From Candidatus Komeilibacteria bacterium (lineage in GTDB: Bacteria > Patescibacteriota > Patescibacteriia > UBA1558): DNA of 64,000 nucleotides. The translations under genes were made by a program, and so were the position numbers. The DNA lies in NCBI GenBank assembly GCA_048538275.1, contig JBLYPW010000002.1:2111-66110 (forward strand), given 5' to 3'. Within the stretch, counting starts at the first letter, position 1; the number at the start of each line of letters is the position of its first letter. This document shows, piece by piece, positions 21,601 through 30,600 of this stretch. Below the pieces are notes generated by a model. The model was given only the letters and a program-made list of their open reading frames with translations, did no database searches and was not told where the DNA came from.

Positions 21601-21957
21601 ACTTACACTTTATACAAAGACTCAATCACTAATAAATTCAGTTTTCATGTTAGATTAGATGGAAGTGAAGAAACTCAAAGAAAAGCAGAAGCAAACGATG
21701 TAGTGGATACTGAATGGCACCATGTAGTAGGAACTTATGATGGTTCAATAGTTAAACTATATGTTGATTATATTTTGCAAGATACAATTGATTCTACTAG
21801 TGGAGTTATAGATATTGATAATTCTAATATTTTAGGTATAGGATATAGACCAGTTAATGATGACCAGTTTTGGAATGGTCAAATTAAAGACGTCCGTATC
21901 TACAACCGAGCATTATCTGCCGATGAAGTTAAATTATTATATGATAAAGGGCGTTAA
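18676..21957 (+). CDS. Giant paralog 3 (1,093 aa): TM anchor, Gly-run, CBM4/9-like and LamG-like modules.
   Basis: TM helix LLTSVVVALIVVGFIVSIGLAVGGGGGGG. There are 3 copies of KEIQTADTTPNANHG-T/I-VYGAT linkers. Two near-identical DVRIYNRALSA-x-EVK-x-LYDLGGRQNQ-x-STGSLYKGLVLDMPLNSESEKVGS blocks lie at 19770-19920 and 20851-21000. Confidence 0.8.
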   Translation: MLNKIKNFIIHNLLTSVVVALIVVGFIVSIGLAVGGGGGGGTITAGDINKGLVFHAPLNSESEKVGSELVTNGGFDSSTGWGAGTAWSIANGVASYDDSGTSILSQNNVFTVGKSYIIKFTISNSSGNGGYIAIYSDASGVVGYTYYTDGTYVVQGTANGTQLRIYGSSGGSSFDIDDVSVKEIQTADTTPNANHGTVYGATQNTDDMSFDGTDDYVDVEDSNILDIQVIDGISISAWIKPVNTTASDTYSSTNPQYIVIKGAAPLNSNYWFRILGQKLNFGWRNSANDGYNTKDMDSHNLTNNEWQHVLVIHDGSDIIFYIDGVEQASSVSSGSMTDESISNSDLLYIGVEFGNSQRYFNGSIKDFRIYNRALSATEVKSLYDLGGRQNQISTGSLYKGLVLDMPLNSESEKVGSNIFTSNNPNFESDTNSPPVYWYNTGTHVATAVVDATSPNGSNVMEIVASGTGSFSSNAVWNGFFKYGRLVSGKSYRLIFYAKSISGSTIISGRFQSISIPNWTITTDWERYEYDFIGNGGTYNELYFLSASGAATFRIDNILVKELQTADTTPNANHGTVYGATQNADTMSFDGDDYVKIDNILLADNFSISFNYTPDTIGSSREIIDIGKNAFTYENFRLGLLSNGGTETVISDTSSTRAFPTSFPAGTFTSGIKKYIAVTYDGTNFRNYADGTLISTSANVSFASELVSTYLFTRNGATNFNDGSLQDVRIYNRALSADEVKQLYDLGGRQNQVSTGSLYKGLVLDMPLNSESEKVGSELVTNGDIASSGVTDNWTAVNSTLTAENNGLKVSDNGSYSSAYQLINTVVGKKYRLTFDAEEVSGGFFVVYTSSTAPDGTSYGDTGRYVSSSTGRQVIDFISTTTTLHIIFASQSTDYAIYNNISFREIQTADTTPNANHGIVHGATVGSDSTSFDGTDDYIQIPSNSNLDLQYVSVSAWVKYATGGIIIVNKYNTQPGTYTLYKDSITNKFSFHVRLDGSEETQRKAEANDVVDTEWHHVVGTYDGSIVKLYVDYILQDTIDSTSGVIDIDNSNILGIGYRPVNDDQFWNGQIKDVRIYNRALSADEVKLLYDKGR

Positions 21958-24900
21958 ATTAAATAAAATCAACCCCCGGCGTTGGCAACCCCCGGCGTTG
22001 ATTATAATAACAGCGATTATTATTGTAATTGGCCTTATTTATATCTTTAATAAACCAGAACCAGCCACTGCTTGGTTCAATGACGGCTGGCATTATCGGC
22101 AGACAGTAGCTGTTACTAATGCTGGTACTGAACAAACAGACTTTCAGATTAAGATAACTTTAGATACAGCCGCATTGGTTACGGCAGGCAAAATGCAATC
22201 AGATTGTGATGATATAAGACTTACAGACATTAATGGTAATGTATTATCTCATTGGATAGAAGATACCACTTGCAACACCGCGGCAACAGAGATTTGGACA
22301 AAGCTAGCATCAATTCCCACAACAGCAATTAATTTATATTTATATTATGGTAATCCTAGTGTTAATAGTGTTGAGGTGGGACAGTGTGATATGTTTGTAT
22401 GTTGTGGCTCAGATGTAGGTGGATCTTATCATAACAATCCAGGTTATGGATTAACATATAATACAACCGAAGATTATACTTTACAATTCGTTACATTGGA
22501 TTCAGAAATAGCTCAGGATATTGATGTTTATGTTCACGATGGGCCGGCGCCTACAGATACAATTTTATATACAAAATCTATATCTTTATCTTCTGGATTA
22601 AATACAGATGTTAATATTGAGATACCATTAGGTATAGGCACTAATTATTTATTAAGACCAGATAATACTAGGGATAATTTAAAAAGAACGCCTGACGACT
22701 CAAATTTACCATACGTTTGTGAAGGAATTACCATTAATGGTGGTAATCAAGGGTATTCTACATATTATTATTATTTTTATAATTGGAAATTAAGAAAACA
22801 TACTACCACCGAGCCAGTTGTTGGTGATCCATCTTCTGAAGAAAAAGGCCCGGGACCAATTGCTTATTGGAAATTTGATGAGGGTTATGGAATAACCGCA
22901 CAAGATTCTACCACGGGTAATAATGACGGCACCATAACCGGTGCCACTTGGCAAGCAGAAGACATGTGCGTGAGTGGGAAGTGCTTGAGTTTCAACGGCA
23001 GTAGTTATTTTGTTAAGGTTTCCGATAATAGTATTTTAAAACCCACAGATGTTATCACCGTAGGGGCGTGGTTTAATAGTAATGACATTACTACGTCCGG
23101 TCAACGCATAGTTTCTAAAACCGAAGGCAGCGGGTATCAATTAAGTTTAAACGAAAATAGCGCCTGTCCTACCAATACATTGTGTTTTTTAGCCCATGTT
23201 GCTGGAGGATATAGATCAGCTAGTTACGCCTCTTCTAATATAGAAAGCAATAAATGGTATTATCTCGTAGGCACATTTGATGGCACCAATGGTTATCTTT
23301 ATTTGAATGGTGAACAGGTTGGTAGTTTTTCTCAGTCTGGAACAATAGCTACCAGTACAGCTCCCGTATGTTTAGGAGCAGAGGCAACATCAACCTCTTG
23401 TAGTACGGGTTATTTTAATGGTCGGATGGATGGTGTAGGAATTTATAATTACGCTCGCACCGCCGCTCAAATAAAAGCAGATTATCTAGCTGGACAATCA
23501 GGCGCACCATCTGGTGCCAGCGCGTCTTTGGGTAGTAGGCAACAAGATCAGAGTGAAGGTTTGGTAGGTTATTGGAAGATGGATGATGCGGGTGTAGATG
23601 CTGAAGGTGAAACCATCAGTGACAGTTCCGGTAACGGTAATAGCGGCACGCTTTATGGTGATAATGCTACCGGTGATAATGGTACTGGCATGGATTGCAC
23701 AGCTAGCGGTAAATATGGCACGGGTTGTAGTTTTGATGGAGTGGATGATTATGTTTCAATCATAGATAATGGTGATTTGGATTTAGAAACAGCATGGACT
23801 GTCGCGACTTGGGTAAAACGAGAAGGCACTTGCGATAGTGGCGGTTATTCTAAAATAGTTTCAAAATGGGAAAATTATTTTTTAGCTATAGATTGTAATT
23901 TAGGTGATAATGTTTTGTATGGCTGTGTGGGTGATGGCTCTGGTCATACTTGTAATAATTCAAGGGATACGACTTTACCTCTTAATGAATGGCATTTTTT
24001 GACTTTTACATACAGCGAAGCCTTAGGTAAAGCCGATCTTTATATGGATACTCAATTAATACATAGCGTTGATGCTACTAGTACTGCTAGTAGCAATTAT
24101 GATTTAAATTTTGGTACGCCACATTCTGGTGTTACCAATCAGTATTTTCAAGGCAAAATAGATAATGTAAAAATATACAATACCGCCCGTACAGCCGAGC
24201 AGATCATGCGCGATTATAAAACCGGACCACCGCCGGTGGCTTACTATGATTTTGAGGAAAAATCTACATCTATAGCATATGACAAATCAACCTATGGTTA
24301 TAACCTTACAGCCGTTGGACTGGACAGTACAAATATAGTTTTAGGAAAAATTGGCAGTGCCTATAAATATGGGACGTGGACTGAAAGACACACTGGTTCA
24401 AGTTTTAATATTTGTAATAACATAACAATGGAAGCGTGGGTTTATCCTTTATCCACTCCATCAAATATGTATACGATTGTGTTAAATAATGGGGCAAATG
24501 CTGCTTATTTGAGCTATGATCCGTCCAATGGCGTAAGTACATATTGGTACAATAAATCTTCTGTAGGTTATCATTCATCTGGATCGTCCACAGTACCTTT
24601 AAATACATGGTCGCATGTAGCAGCTGTTTGGGATAATACTGGGGCTAATCTTTATGTAAATGGGATATTGAAAAATTTTGTATCATCTACAGGAACTTCG
24701 TCGTGTACTGGTGATGGTTTGGTTGTGGGAGCTGAAAATGACGTTAGACAAATGGATGGTTATATTGACGAGGTGAAAATCTACAACTACGCTCGCACCC
24801 CAGAGCAAATTTTACAAGACATGTATGGGGATGAGGACGCGCATCCGATTGCATATTACAAATTTGATGAGGGGTATGGAACATCTCTCAAAGATTCTAT

Positions 24901-26860
24901 AAATAATAATGATTTAACTAATAGTGGGGCTGATTGGACGCCAAATGGTAGGTTTAATAAGGCTCTAAGTTTTAATGGGTCTAGTGATTACTTAACTCGT
25001 AATATATTTTCTGATGATTGGACAAATTCATCATCTGGAAGTATTTCTATGTGGTTTAATTGGGATAGTACTGACACGGATGGAGTGGCGGGGCTTTTAG
25101 CTATTCAAGACACAAGTACAAACAACAATCTTTTTCGTTTATCTTTGGGTAATACTACCGGAAGCTGGGACGATGAAAGTATAAGAGTAGAATTTTATGA
25201 TAACTCCATTTGGGTTTATAATTATGTTTATAGAGGTGGTGAAGTTTTGTATAGGGATAGTCAGTGGCACAATGTTGTGTTTACTATAAATGAGAATGGT
25301 AATAATTTGTATGTTGATGGTGAAAAATTATCTGTGTCACAATGGGGAAGTTCTTTAGAGGGACAATCATCAACGCGTTGGTTAGATGATATACCAGAAG
25401 TGAATAATATTTTCGTTGGGTCTACGTATAGTAGCGGCGCTCCATATATTAATATTAAGGGTAAAATTGATGAATTAAAAATATTCAACTTTGCCTTGTC
25501 TCCAGAACAGATTAGGAAAGAATATAATCAAAGCGCGGGCTTGCAAATTAGAACACAAAAAAATGATTCATCCACTTGGGATGATGGTGGCTTTGGTGGT
25601 GCCGCGCCAATAGCGTATTGGGATTTTGAAGAGGGTAGTGGTAGTACGGCTTATGACAAGTCGGGCAATGGTTATAATGGTAGCATAGTAGGCGCTGCTT
25701 ATGATTTGGGCAAGAATGGTTGGGGTTTGGATTTTAATGGCACTAGTGATTATGTGAGTACGGGATTTACCGGATCATTTGCTGATATGACACAAGAATT
25801 TTGGATATATTTGCCCAGCGATTTTGATAATACGGTGCGTAATGAGGTGATTGGTGTAGATTGGACAGCTGGCGATAGAGCCACGCATTTTGCTATTGGT
25901 TGGGATAGTACTGCTAATACGCATTGGAATACAGGTAATGACTGGACCAATATACCAAATGACAATTTGAAAACCGGCTGGAACCATGTAGCCTTGGTTA
26001 TGGACAGCTCATCATCAAAGAAAATAGTTTATTTTAATGGCGCGGTAGCTTTGAGTAATAGTAATTATTCGGCGATAAACATATCAACTGATTTACAAAT
26101 CGGATATTTACGCGACTATGCTGGTTCTTATTTAGAATATCCATTAGACGAAATGAAAATATTTAACTACGCGCGCACTCCGGCGCAGATTGCTTATGAT
26201 TACAATGGTGGCAAGCCAATCGGCTGGTGGAAATTTGATGATGGTGAGGGAATTACTGCCAACGACGCTTCGGGTAATGGTAATAATGGAACATTGACCA
26301 ATATGGATCCGGCCACCGATTGGCTGGAAAGTAGCAATTGCCAATTTAATGGTTGTTTGGATTTTGATGGGACGGATGATAGAATTATAATCAATGAAAG
26401 TTCAGTTCTTAAGCTGACCAAAGCCGTTTCAATAGCAGTTTGGGTTAAGCCAAGCGCAATGGGTGTAAATCACTGGGGTTTGGTTAGTCAGGGTGATGCT
26501 TTCGGAGAATCATATTCTTTATATATAAGATACAACACCAACAACATGATAAGGATGGTTATTAATAATAATGGTTCTACGGCAGGAAATTTAGATATAG
26601 GTCAATGGAATCATATTGTGGGAACTTTTGATGTTACAGATGGTATTAAATTATATAAGAATGGAGAGTTGATTACTACAACTGCTTATTCGTCAGATAT
26701 AGTGCCGGTAGCAGAGGGTTTGTATATTGGCTGGCAATCTGGTTTATCAGGTTCAGATTATTTTCAGGGAAATATGGATGACGTCCGTATTTATAACTAC
26801 GCTTTAACAGCAGATCAAGTCAAAGAGGTGATGAATTATGGTTTGATCAGGTTTAAATAG
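21941..26860 (+). CDS. Giant paralog 4 (about 1,640 aa): REP-encoded leader, TM anchor, DUF2341-like domain, then multiple LamG-like modules. It ends in the conserved motif VMNYGLIRFK.
   Basis: The ORF is open from 21857, but the ATG at 21941 gives MIKGVKLNKINPRRWQPPALIIITAIIIV, matching the leader of the other paralogs, and overlaps the previous stop by 17 nt. The REP dimer is at 21970-22000. AWFNDGWHYRQTVAVTN...GKMQSDCDDIRLTD...LYLYYGNPS matches DUF2341 as I recall it. Many DEVKIYNYART-type LamG ends follow. Confidence 0.8.
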   Translation: MIKGVKLNKINPRRWQPPALIIITAIIIVIGLIYIFNKPEPATAWFNDGWHYRQTVAVTNAGTEQTDFQIKITLDTAALVTAGKMQSDCDDIRLTDINGNVLSHWIEDTTCNTAATEIWTKLASIPTTAINLYLYYGNPSVNSVEVGQCDMFVCCGSDVGGSYHNNPGYGLTYNTTEDYTLQFVTLDSEIAQDIDVYVHDGPAPTDTILYTKSISLSSGLNTDVNIEIPLGIGTNYLLRPDNTRDNLKRTPDDSNLPYVCEGITINGGNQGYSTYYYYFYNWKLRKHTTTEPVVGDPSSEEKGPGPIAYWKFDEGYGITAQDSTTGNNDGTITGATWQAEDMCVSGKCLSFNGSSYFVKVSDNSILKPTDVITVGAWFNSNDITTSGQRIVSKTEGSGYQLSLNENSACPTNTLCFLAHVAGGYRSASYASSNIESNKWYYLVGTFDGTNGYLYLNGEQVGSFSQSGTIATSTAPVCLGAEATSTSCSTGYFNGRMDGVGIYNYARTAAQIKADYLAGQSGAPSGASASLGSRQQDQSEGLVGYWKMDDAGVDAEGETISDSSGNGNSGTLYGDNATGDNGTGMDCTASGKYGTGCSFDGVDDYVSIIDNGDLDLETAWTVATWVKREGTCDSGGYSKIVSKWENYFLAIDCNLGDNVLYGCVGDGSGHTCNNSRDTTLPLNEWHFLTFTYSEALGKADLYMDTQLIHSVDATSTASSNYDLNFGTPHSGVTNQYFQGKIDNVKIYNTARTAEQIMRDYKTGPPPVAYYDFEEKSTSIAYDKSTYGYNLTAVGLDSTNIVLGKIGSAYKYGTWTERHTGSSFNICNNITMEAWVYPLSTPSNMYTIVLNNGANAAYLSYDPSNGVSTYWYNKSSVGYHSSGSSTVPLNTWSHVAAVWDNTGANLYVNGILKNFVSSTGTSSCTGDGLVVGAENDVRQMDGYIDEVKIYNYARTPEQILQDMYGDEDAHPIAYYKFDEGYGTSLKDSINNNDLTNSGADWTPNGRFNKALSFNGSSDYLTRNIFSDDWTNSSSGSISMWFNWDSTDTDGVAGLLAIQDTSTNNNLFRLSLGNTTGSWDDESIRVEFYDNSIWVYNYVYRGGEVLYRDSQWHNVVFTINENGNNLYVDGEKLSVSQWGSSLEGQSSTRWLDDIPEVNNIFVGSTYSSGAPYINIKGKIDELKIFNFALSPEQIRKEYNQSAGLQIRTQKNDSSTWDDGGFGGAAPIAYWDFEEGSGSTAYDKSGNGYNGSIVGAAYDLGKNGWGLDFNGTSDYVSTGFTGSFADMTQEFWIYLPSDFDNTVRNEVIGVDWTAGDRATHFAIGWDSTANTHWNTGNDWTNIPNDNLKTGWNHVALVMDSSSSKKIVYFNGAVALSNSNYSAINISTDLQIGYLRDYAGSYLEYPLDEMKIFNYARTPAQIAYDYNGGKPIGWWKFDDGEGITANDASGNGNNGTLTNMDPATDWLESSNCQFNGCLDFDGTDDRIIINESSVLKLTKAVSIAVWVKPSAMGVNHWGLVSQGDAFGESYSLYIRYNTNNMIRMVINNNGSTAGNLDIGQWNHIVGTFDVTDGIKLYKNGELITTTAYSSDIVPVAEGLYIGWQSGLSGSDYFQGNMDDVRIYNYALTADQVKEVMNYGLIRFK

Positions 26861-26864
26861 AATC

Positions 26865-26912
26865 CAACCCCCGGCGTTGCCAACGCCGGGGGTTGACAAC
26901 ACCCGGTGTTGG
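26865..26912. repeat. REP family 1 hairpin (caacccccggcgttg CCAACGCCGGGGGTTG inverted pair) plus the palindrome acaacacccggtgttgg, between paralog 4 and RAYT-A.
   Basis: Perfect inverted repeat of the 15-mer. Second palindrome at 26896-26912. Confidence 0.85.
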
Positions 26913-26962
26913 CGGTAAATTATAGAAAACAGGGTCTATCTAACGATTAACCCTGTATTTTT

Positions 26963-27538
26963 ATGCCTAAAATTGAGCGAAATATTGAACCCGGCTCTAT
27001 TCATCATGTCTATAATCGGTCGGTAGAGAAAAGAACCATATTTTTTATTGACAGAGATTATCAATGGTTTTTAGAAAAAATAGCGTTTTATAAAGTTAAA
27101 TATAAGGTAAAAATCTTAGCTTTTGCGCTTTTGCCTAACCATTGGCATTTGTTAGTGCAGGAACAGGAAGTAGTCCAACCCCCGGCGTTGGCAACGCCGG
27201 GGGTTGTTAGAATGATTGGAGATTTATGCAATGCCTATGTCAAGCGCTTCAACATAGCTCATGATCGCTCTGGACCCTTATTCCAGGGCAGATTTAAGTC
27301 AAAAGTGGTTGAAGATGAGCATTATTTGCAGAATCTTATTAATTATATCAATCTCAATCCAGTAAAACATAAAATAGTAAAGAATATTAAAGACTGGGAT
27401 TATACGTCACATTGGCACTACTTGGAGAAAGGGAAATTTGCTTTGGTTGATAAGAGTGAGTTTATAGATTTTGCGGTTTATAAGGCTGGCGTGGTTGATT
27501 ATTTACGAAAATTTGAGAATATTGAGGAAGAATTTTAA
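26963..27538 (+). CDS. IS200-like HuH tyrosine transposase, REP-associated (RAYT-A, 191 aa). It carries an in-frame REP hairpin insertion.
   Basis: N-terminus MPKIERNIEPGSIHHVYNR. HuH motif LLPNHWHLLV. C-terminal Y motif HYLQNLINYINLNPVKHKIV. REP caacccccggcgttggcaacgccgggggttg at 27177-27207 is translated as QPPALATPGVV. REP hairpins flank the gene at 26865-26895 and 27542-27572. Confidence 0.8.
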   Translation: MPKIERNIEPGSIHHVYNRSVEKRTIFFIDRDYQWFLEKIAFYKVKYKVKILAFALLPNHWHLLVQEQEVVQPPALATPGVVRMIGDLCNAYVKRFNIAHDRSGPLFQGRFKSKVVEDEHYLQNLINYINLNPVKHKIVKNIKDWDYTSHWHYLEKGKFALVDKSEFIDFAVYKAGVVDYLRKFENIEEEF

Positions 27539-27541
27539 ATC

Positions 27542-27572
27542 CAACCCCCGGCGTTGCCAACGCCGGGGGTTG
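27542..27572. repeat. REP family 1 hairpin immediately 3' of RAYT-A.
   Basis: caacccccggcgttgccaacgccgggggttg, a perfect inverted pair. Confidence 0.85.
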
Positions 27573-27673
27573 GATTACACAAAATCGTATTTTTCTGTTA
27601 TAATTTAATCGTAAAATTACAAAAAAAGAGGGCCATGTTAAAAGGTTTTTTGACGTGGCTTTTTATAATATAG

Positions 27674-30600
27674 ATGTTGAATATAAAGGAAAAATTTAAA
27701 ATCAACCCCCGGCGTTGGCAACGCCGGGGGTTGGCAACACCCGGTGTTGGAATCCGCATCGCTTCTATTCTTTTTATTGCTATCATTATAGTAGCTGGTT
27801 TAATTTATATATTCAATAAACCTCAATCAGTAGAAGCAACTTGGTGGAACCCCACCTGGAGTTATAGACAAAGCATTGCTGTCACCAATGGCTCAGGCGG
27901 TACTTTAACAGATTTTCAAGTTGAGATATTGCAGAATGTTGATTTGAGTAGCCTTAATACAGCCGGCAAGCTGCAAGCAGATTTGGCTGATTTACGTTTT
28001 ACCGATATAAATCATAGAGTTCTGCCTTATTGGATAGAAGATAATACTATCTCTTCTGTAAATGCTTGGATTAAAATACCATCTATTCCTACAACCGGTA
28101 CTACTATTTATATGTATTATGGGAATTCATCGGCTAGTGATGCGCAGGATGGATTTAATACATTTTTGGCTTTTGATGATTTTGAAGACGGGGATATGAG
28201 TACATGGGAGCATATAGATGCTTGGGGAGATAATCTTGGCACATGGACAGAGTCTGGTGGCGTTATGCGTGCTGATTGTAATACTTTATGGTGCCATGAA
28301 ACTGCCTGGCAACATGTAAATTTTCAAACCGATAATGTTGCTTTAGCTGCCAAACATCGTTGTTTGGGTAATAATTCTGACGGTGAAGGTGGGATAGGTA
28401 TTTCTTTTACAGGCGGATGGGAAAATTATAGCACACAACAAACAATGCTTATCCGTAATGATAATCAAGATATCTGGGCAAGTGGAGGCACCCCTAGTAC
28501 CACCGTGTCGTTTACTAATACATGTAATACATGGTATAAAACCGAAATTAGAGATATTGCTGGCTCTAATGCAACTTTATGGGTGGATGATGTACAAAAA
28601 CATGCCACCACTAATAGTGTTACTACTGTAAACGGTAGGCCAGCTTTATCCCAGTATAAGGGTGATATTGAATACGACTGGGTATATTATAGAAAATTAG
28701 CATCCACTCAGCCTACAGCCGGCAGTCCAGCCACTGAAGAAAACGCCCCCGGCCCAGTGGGTTATTGGAATTTTAATGAGGGATTTGGCACAACAGCTTA
28801 TGATAGTACAGGTTATGGTAATGATGGGACAATTTCAGGGGCAACCTGGGTGCAGAATGGTAAAAGTGGTAGAGCTTTGAGTTTTAACGGGAGTAGTGAT
28901 TATATTATAACTAATAATGATATTGGAATATCAGGAACAGATGAAAGGACAGTTAGTTTATGGGTAAAAACTACATCAGCAAATGTTACTACAAATTCTA
29001 TTATTTTTGGAATGGGCACCGCTGCTGCTAATAATTTATTTGCCATGAGAACTGATTCTACTACTGATACTTGGAGATTTACAGATGCATCAGTTGCAAG
29101 AGAAACAAATGTCTCAACAACTGGTCAGTGGCAACACATAGTAACTATACTTGATTCTAGTCAACAATTAAGCGTTTATATTGATGGAATTATAACAGAT
29201 GTAAATAATATTGATTTGTCATCACAAGATACTACTAATGCTCCTTTCTATATTGGTTCAAGTGTTAATAATACTTTGTATTTTGATGGTCTCATAGACG
29301 AAGTACGCATCTACGACCGTGCCTTGTCAGCCAATGAAGTGAAACAGCTTTATAATCAAAATGCCGGCAGCTTTAATGTCGGGCAGTCTGGTATATCCAC
29401 TTCTTGCGCTGATCAATTGGCAAAAAATCCCGGCTCTAAGTCTGGTGTTTATACTATTGATCCTGGCTATGGAGTTGATCCTTTTGATGTTTATTGTGAT
29501 ATGGAGACTGACGGTGGGGGGTGGACTATGGTGGCATCAAATCATTCTAGTAGTACTTTAATACCCTCTGGCACTGGCAGAAATTCTGCTGAGTATGAGT
29601 TGGATAGGAATGGCAGTTATACTGCGTTAGGGACACCTTCTCCAAATACGGATTATATTATTGGCGCAGCTATTAATATATTGGAATGGGATGAAGCAAG
29701 GATTACTATGTTTGGGTTTGATTCAACTAGTTCATCGTATGTTTATCCCACAAATTTGGGAGATTATGCAGATGTTAAATGGGATGTTCCTGGTTCTGAT
29801 GCCGGACGGTTGGATCAGGCCGTTGCGGCAGCTAGTGTGTCCATATTTAGGAATAATAATTTTGCAAGTTTTCATCCAAGTGTTGCTTATTTCTATGTAG
29901 ATGGAGTACATCATGACTATATGCCAGATAGTGTATATGGCGCTAATGCAAATCAGGCAACAGTTGGAGGTGTTGGTAGAAGTGGCACGACTGTTACCGG
30001 TACATACTTTGGGCATGGTGTAACTGAGGGAAGTTTTGAGGGTTCATATGGCCCAGGAAACACGGCGAGTAAAAATGCCTCTGGGTATGTTACGTGGGTT
30101 AGAAGTAATACTGTGACTAGTTCATCTGGCGTTGCTCTAGACCTCCCCTTTGAAGCCGTATCCGGCTCTACGACTTATGATATTTCTGGTAATGAAAATA
30201 ATGGCACCATTACCGGCGCTACTCACAAAACTTCAGCCAATTGTAAGGTGGGGCGGTGTTTTGAGTTTGATGGGAGTGGTGATACTATAACCATAAGTGA
30301 TAGCACCAGTATTAATGCTATAGGGCAAGCTATGACGCTATCTGCCTGGGTTAAACCATCAGCATTTACAACTAGTTATAGGTCGGGGATTATCACAAGA
30401 CGTAATGGCAATGCAGGTATTGGATTTTATTTGGCCGGTGATTTAGATCCTGCTACATCAGGAACAATGGAGGCTATGATTGGGGGCGGGGCAAATGTTG
30501 CAGCTAATACAGCCTTACCACTAGATGAGTGGTCTTATACAACTATGGTCGCAAGCGGCGACAGTATTTCTTTTTATTTGAATGGAGTAGATGATGGTGG

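Noticed and set aside
21857-21940. Extended start of paralog 4 at 21857 (MMTSFGMVKLKTSVSTTEHY...)
   Set aside because: This stretch overlaps the 3' end of paralog 3 in another frame. The ATG at 21941 reproduces the conserved M-x-K-x-x-K-L/F-K-INPRRWQPPAL leader seen in the other paralogs. The upstream extension is probably not translated, although this is not certain.
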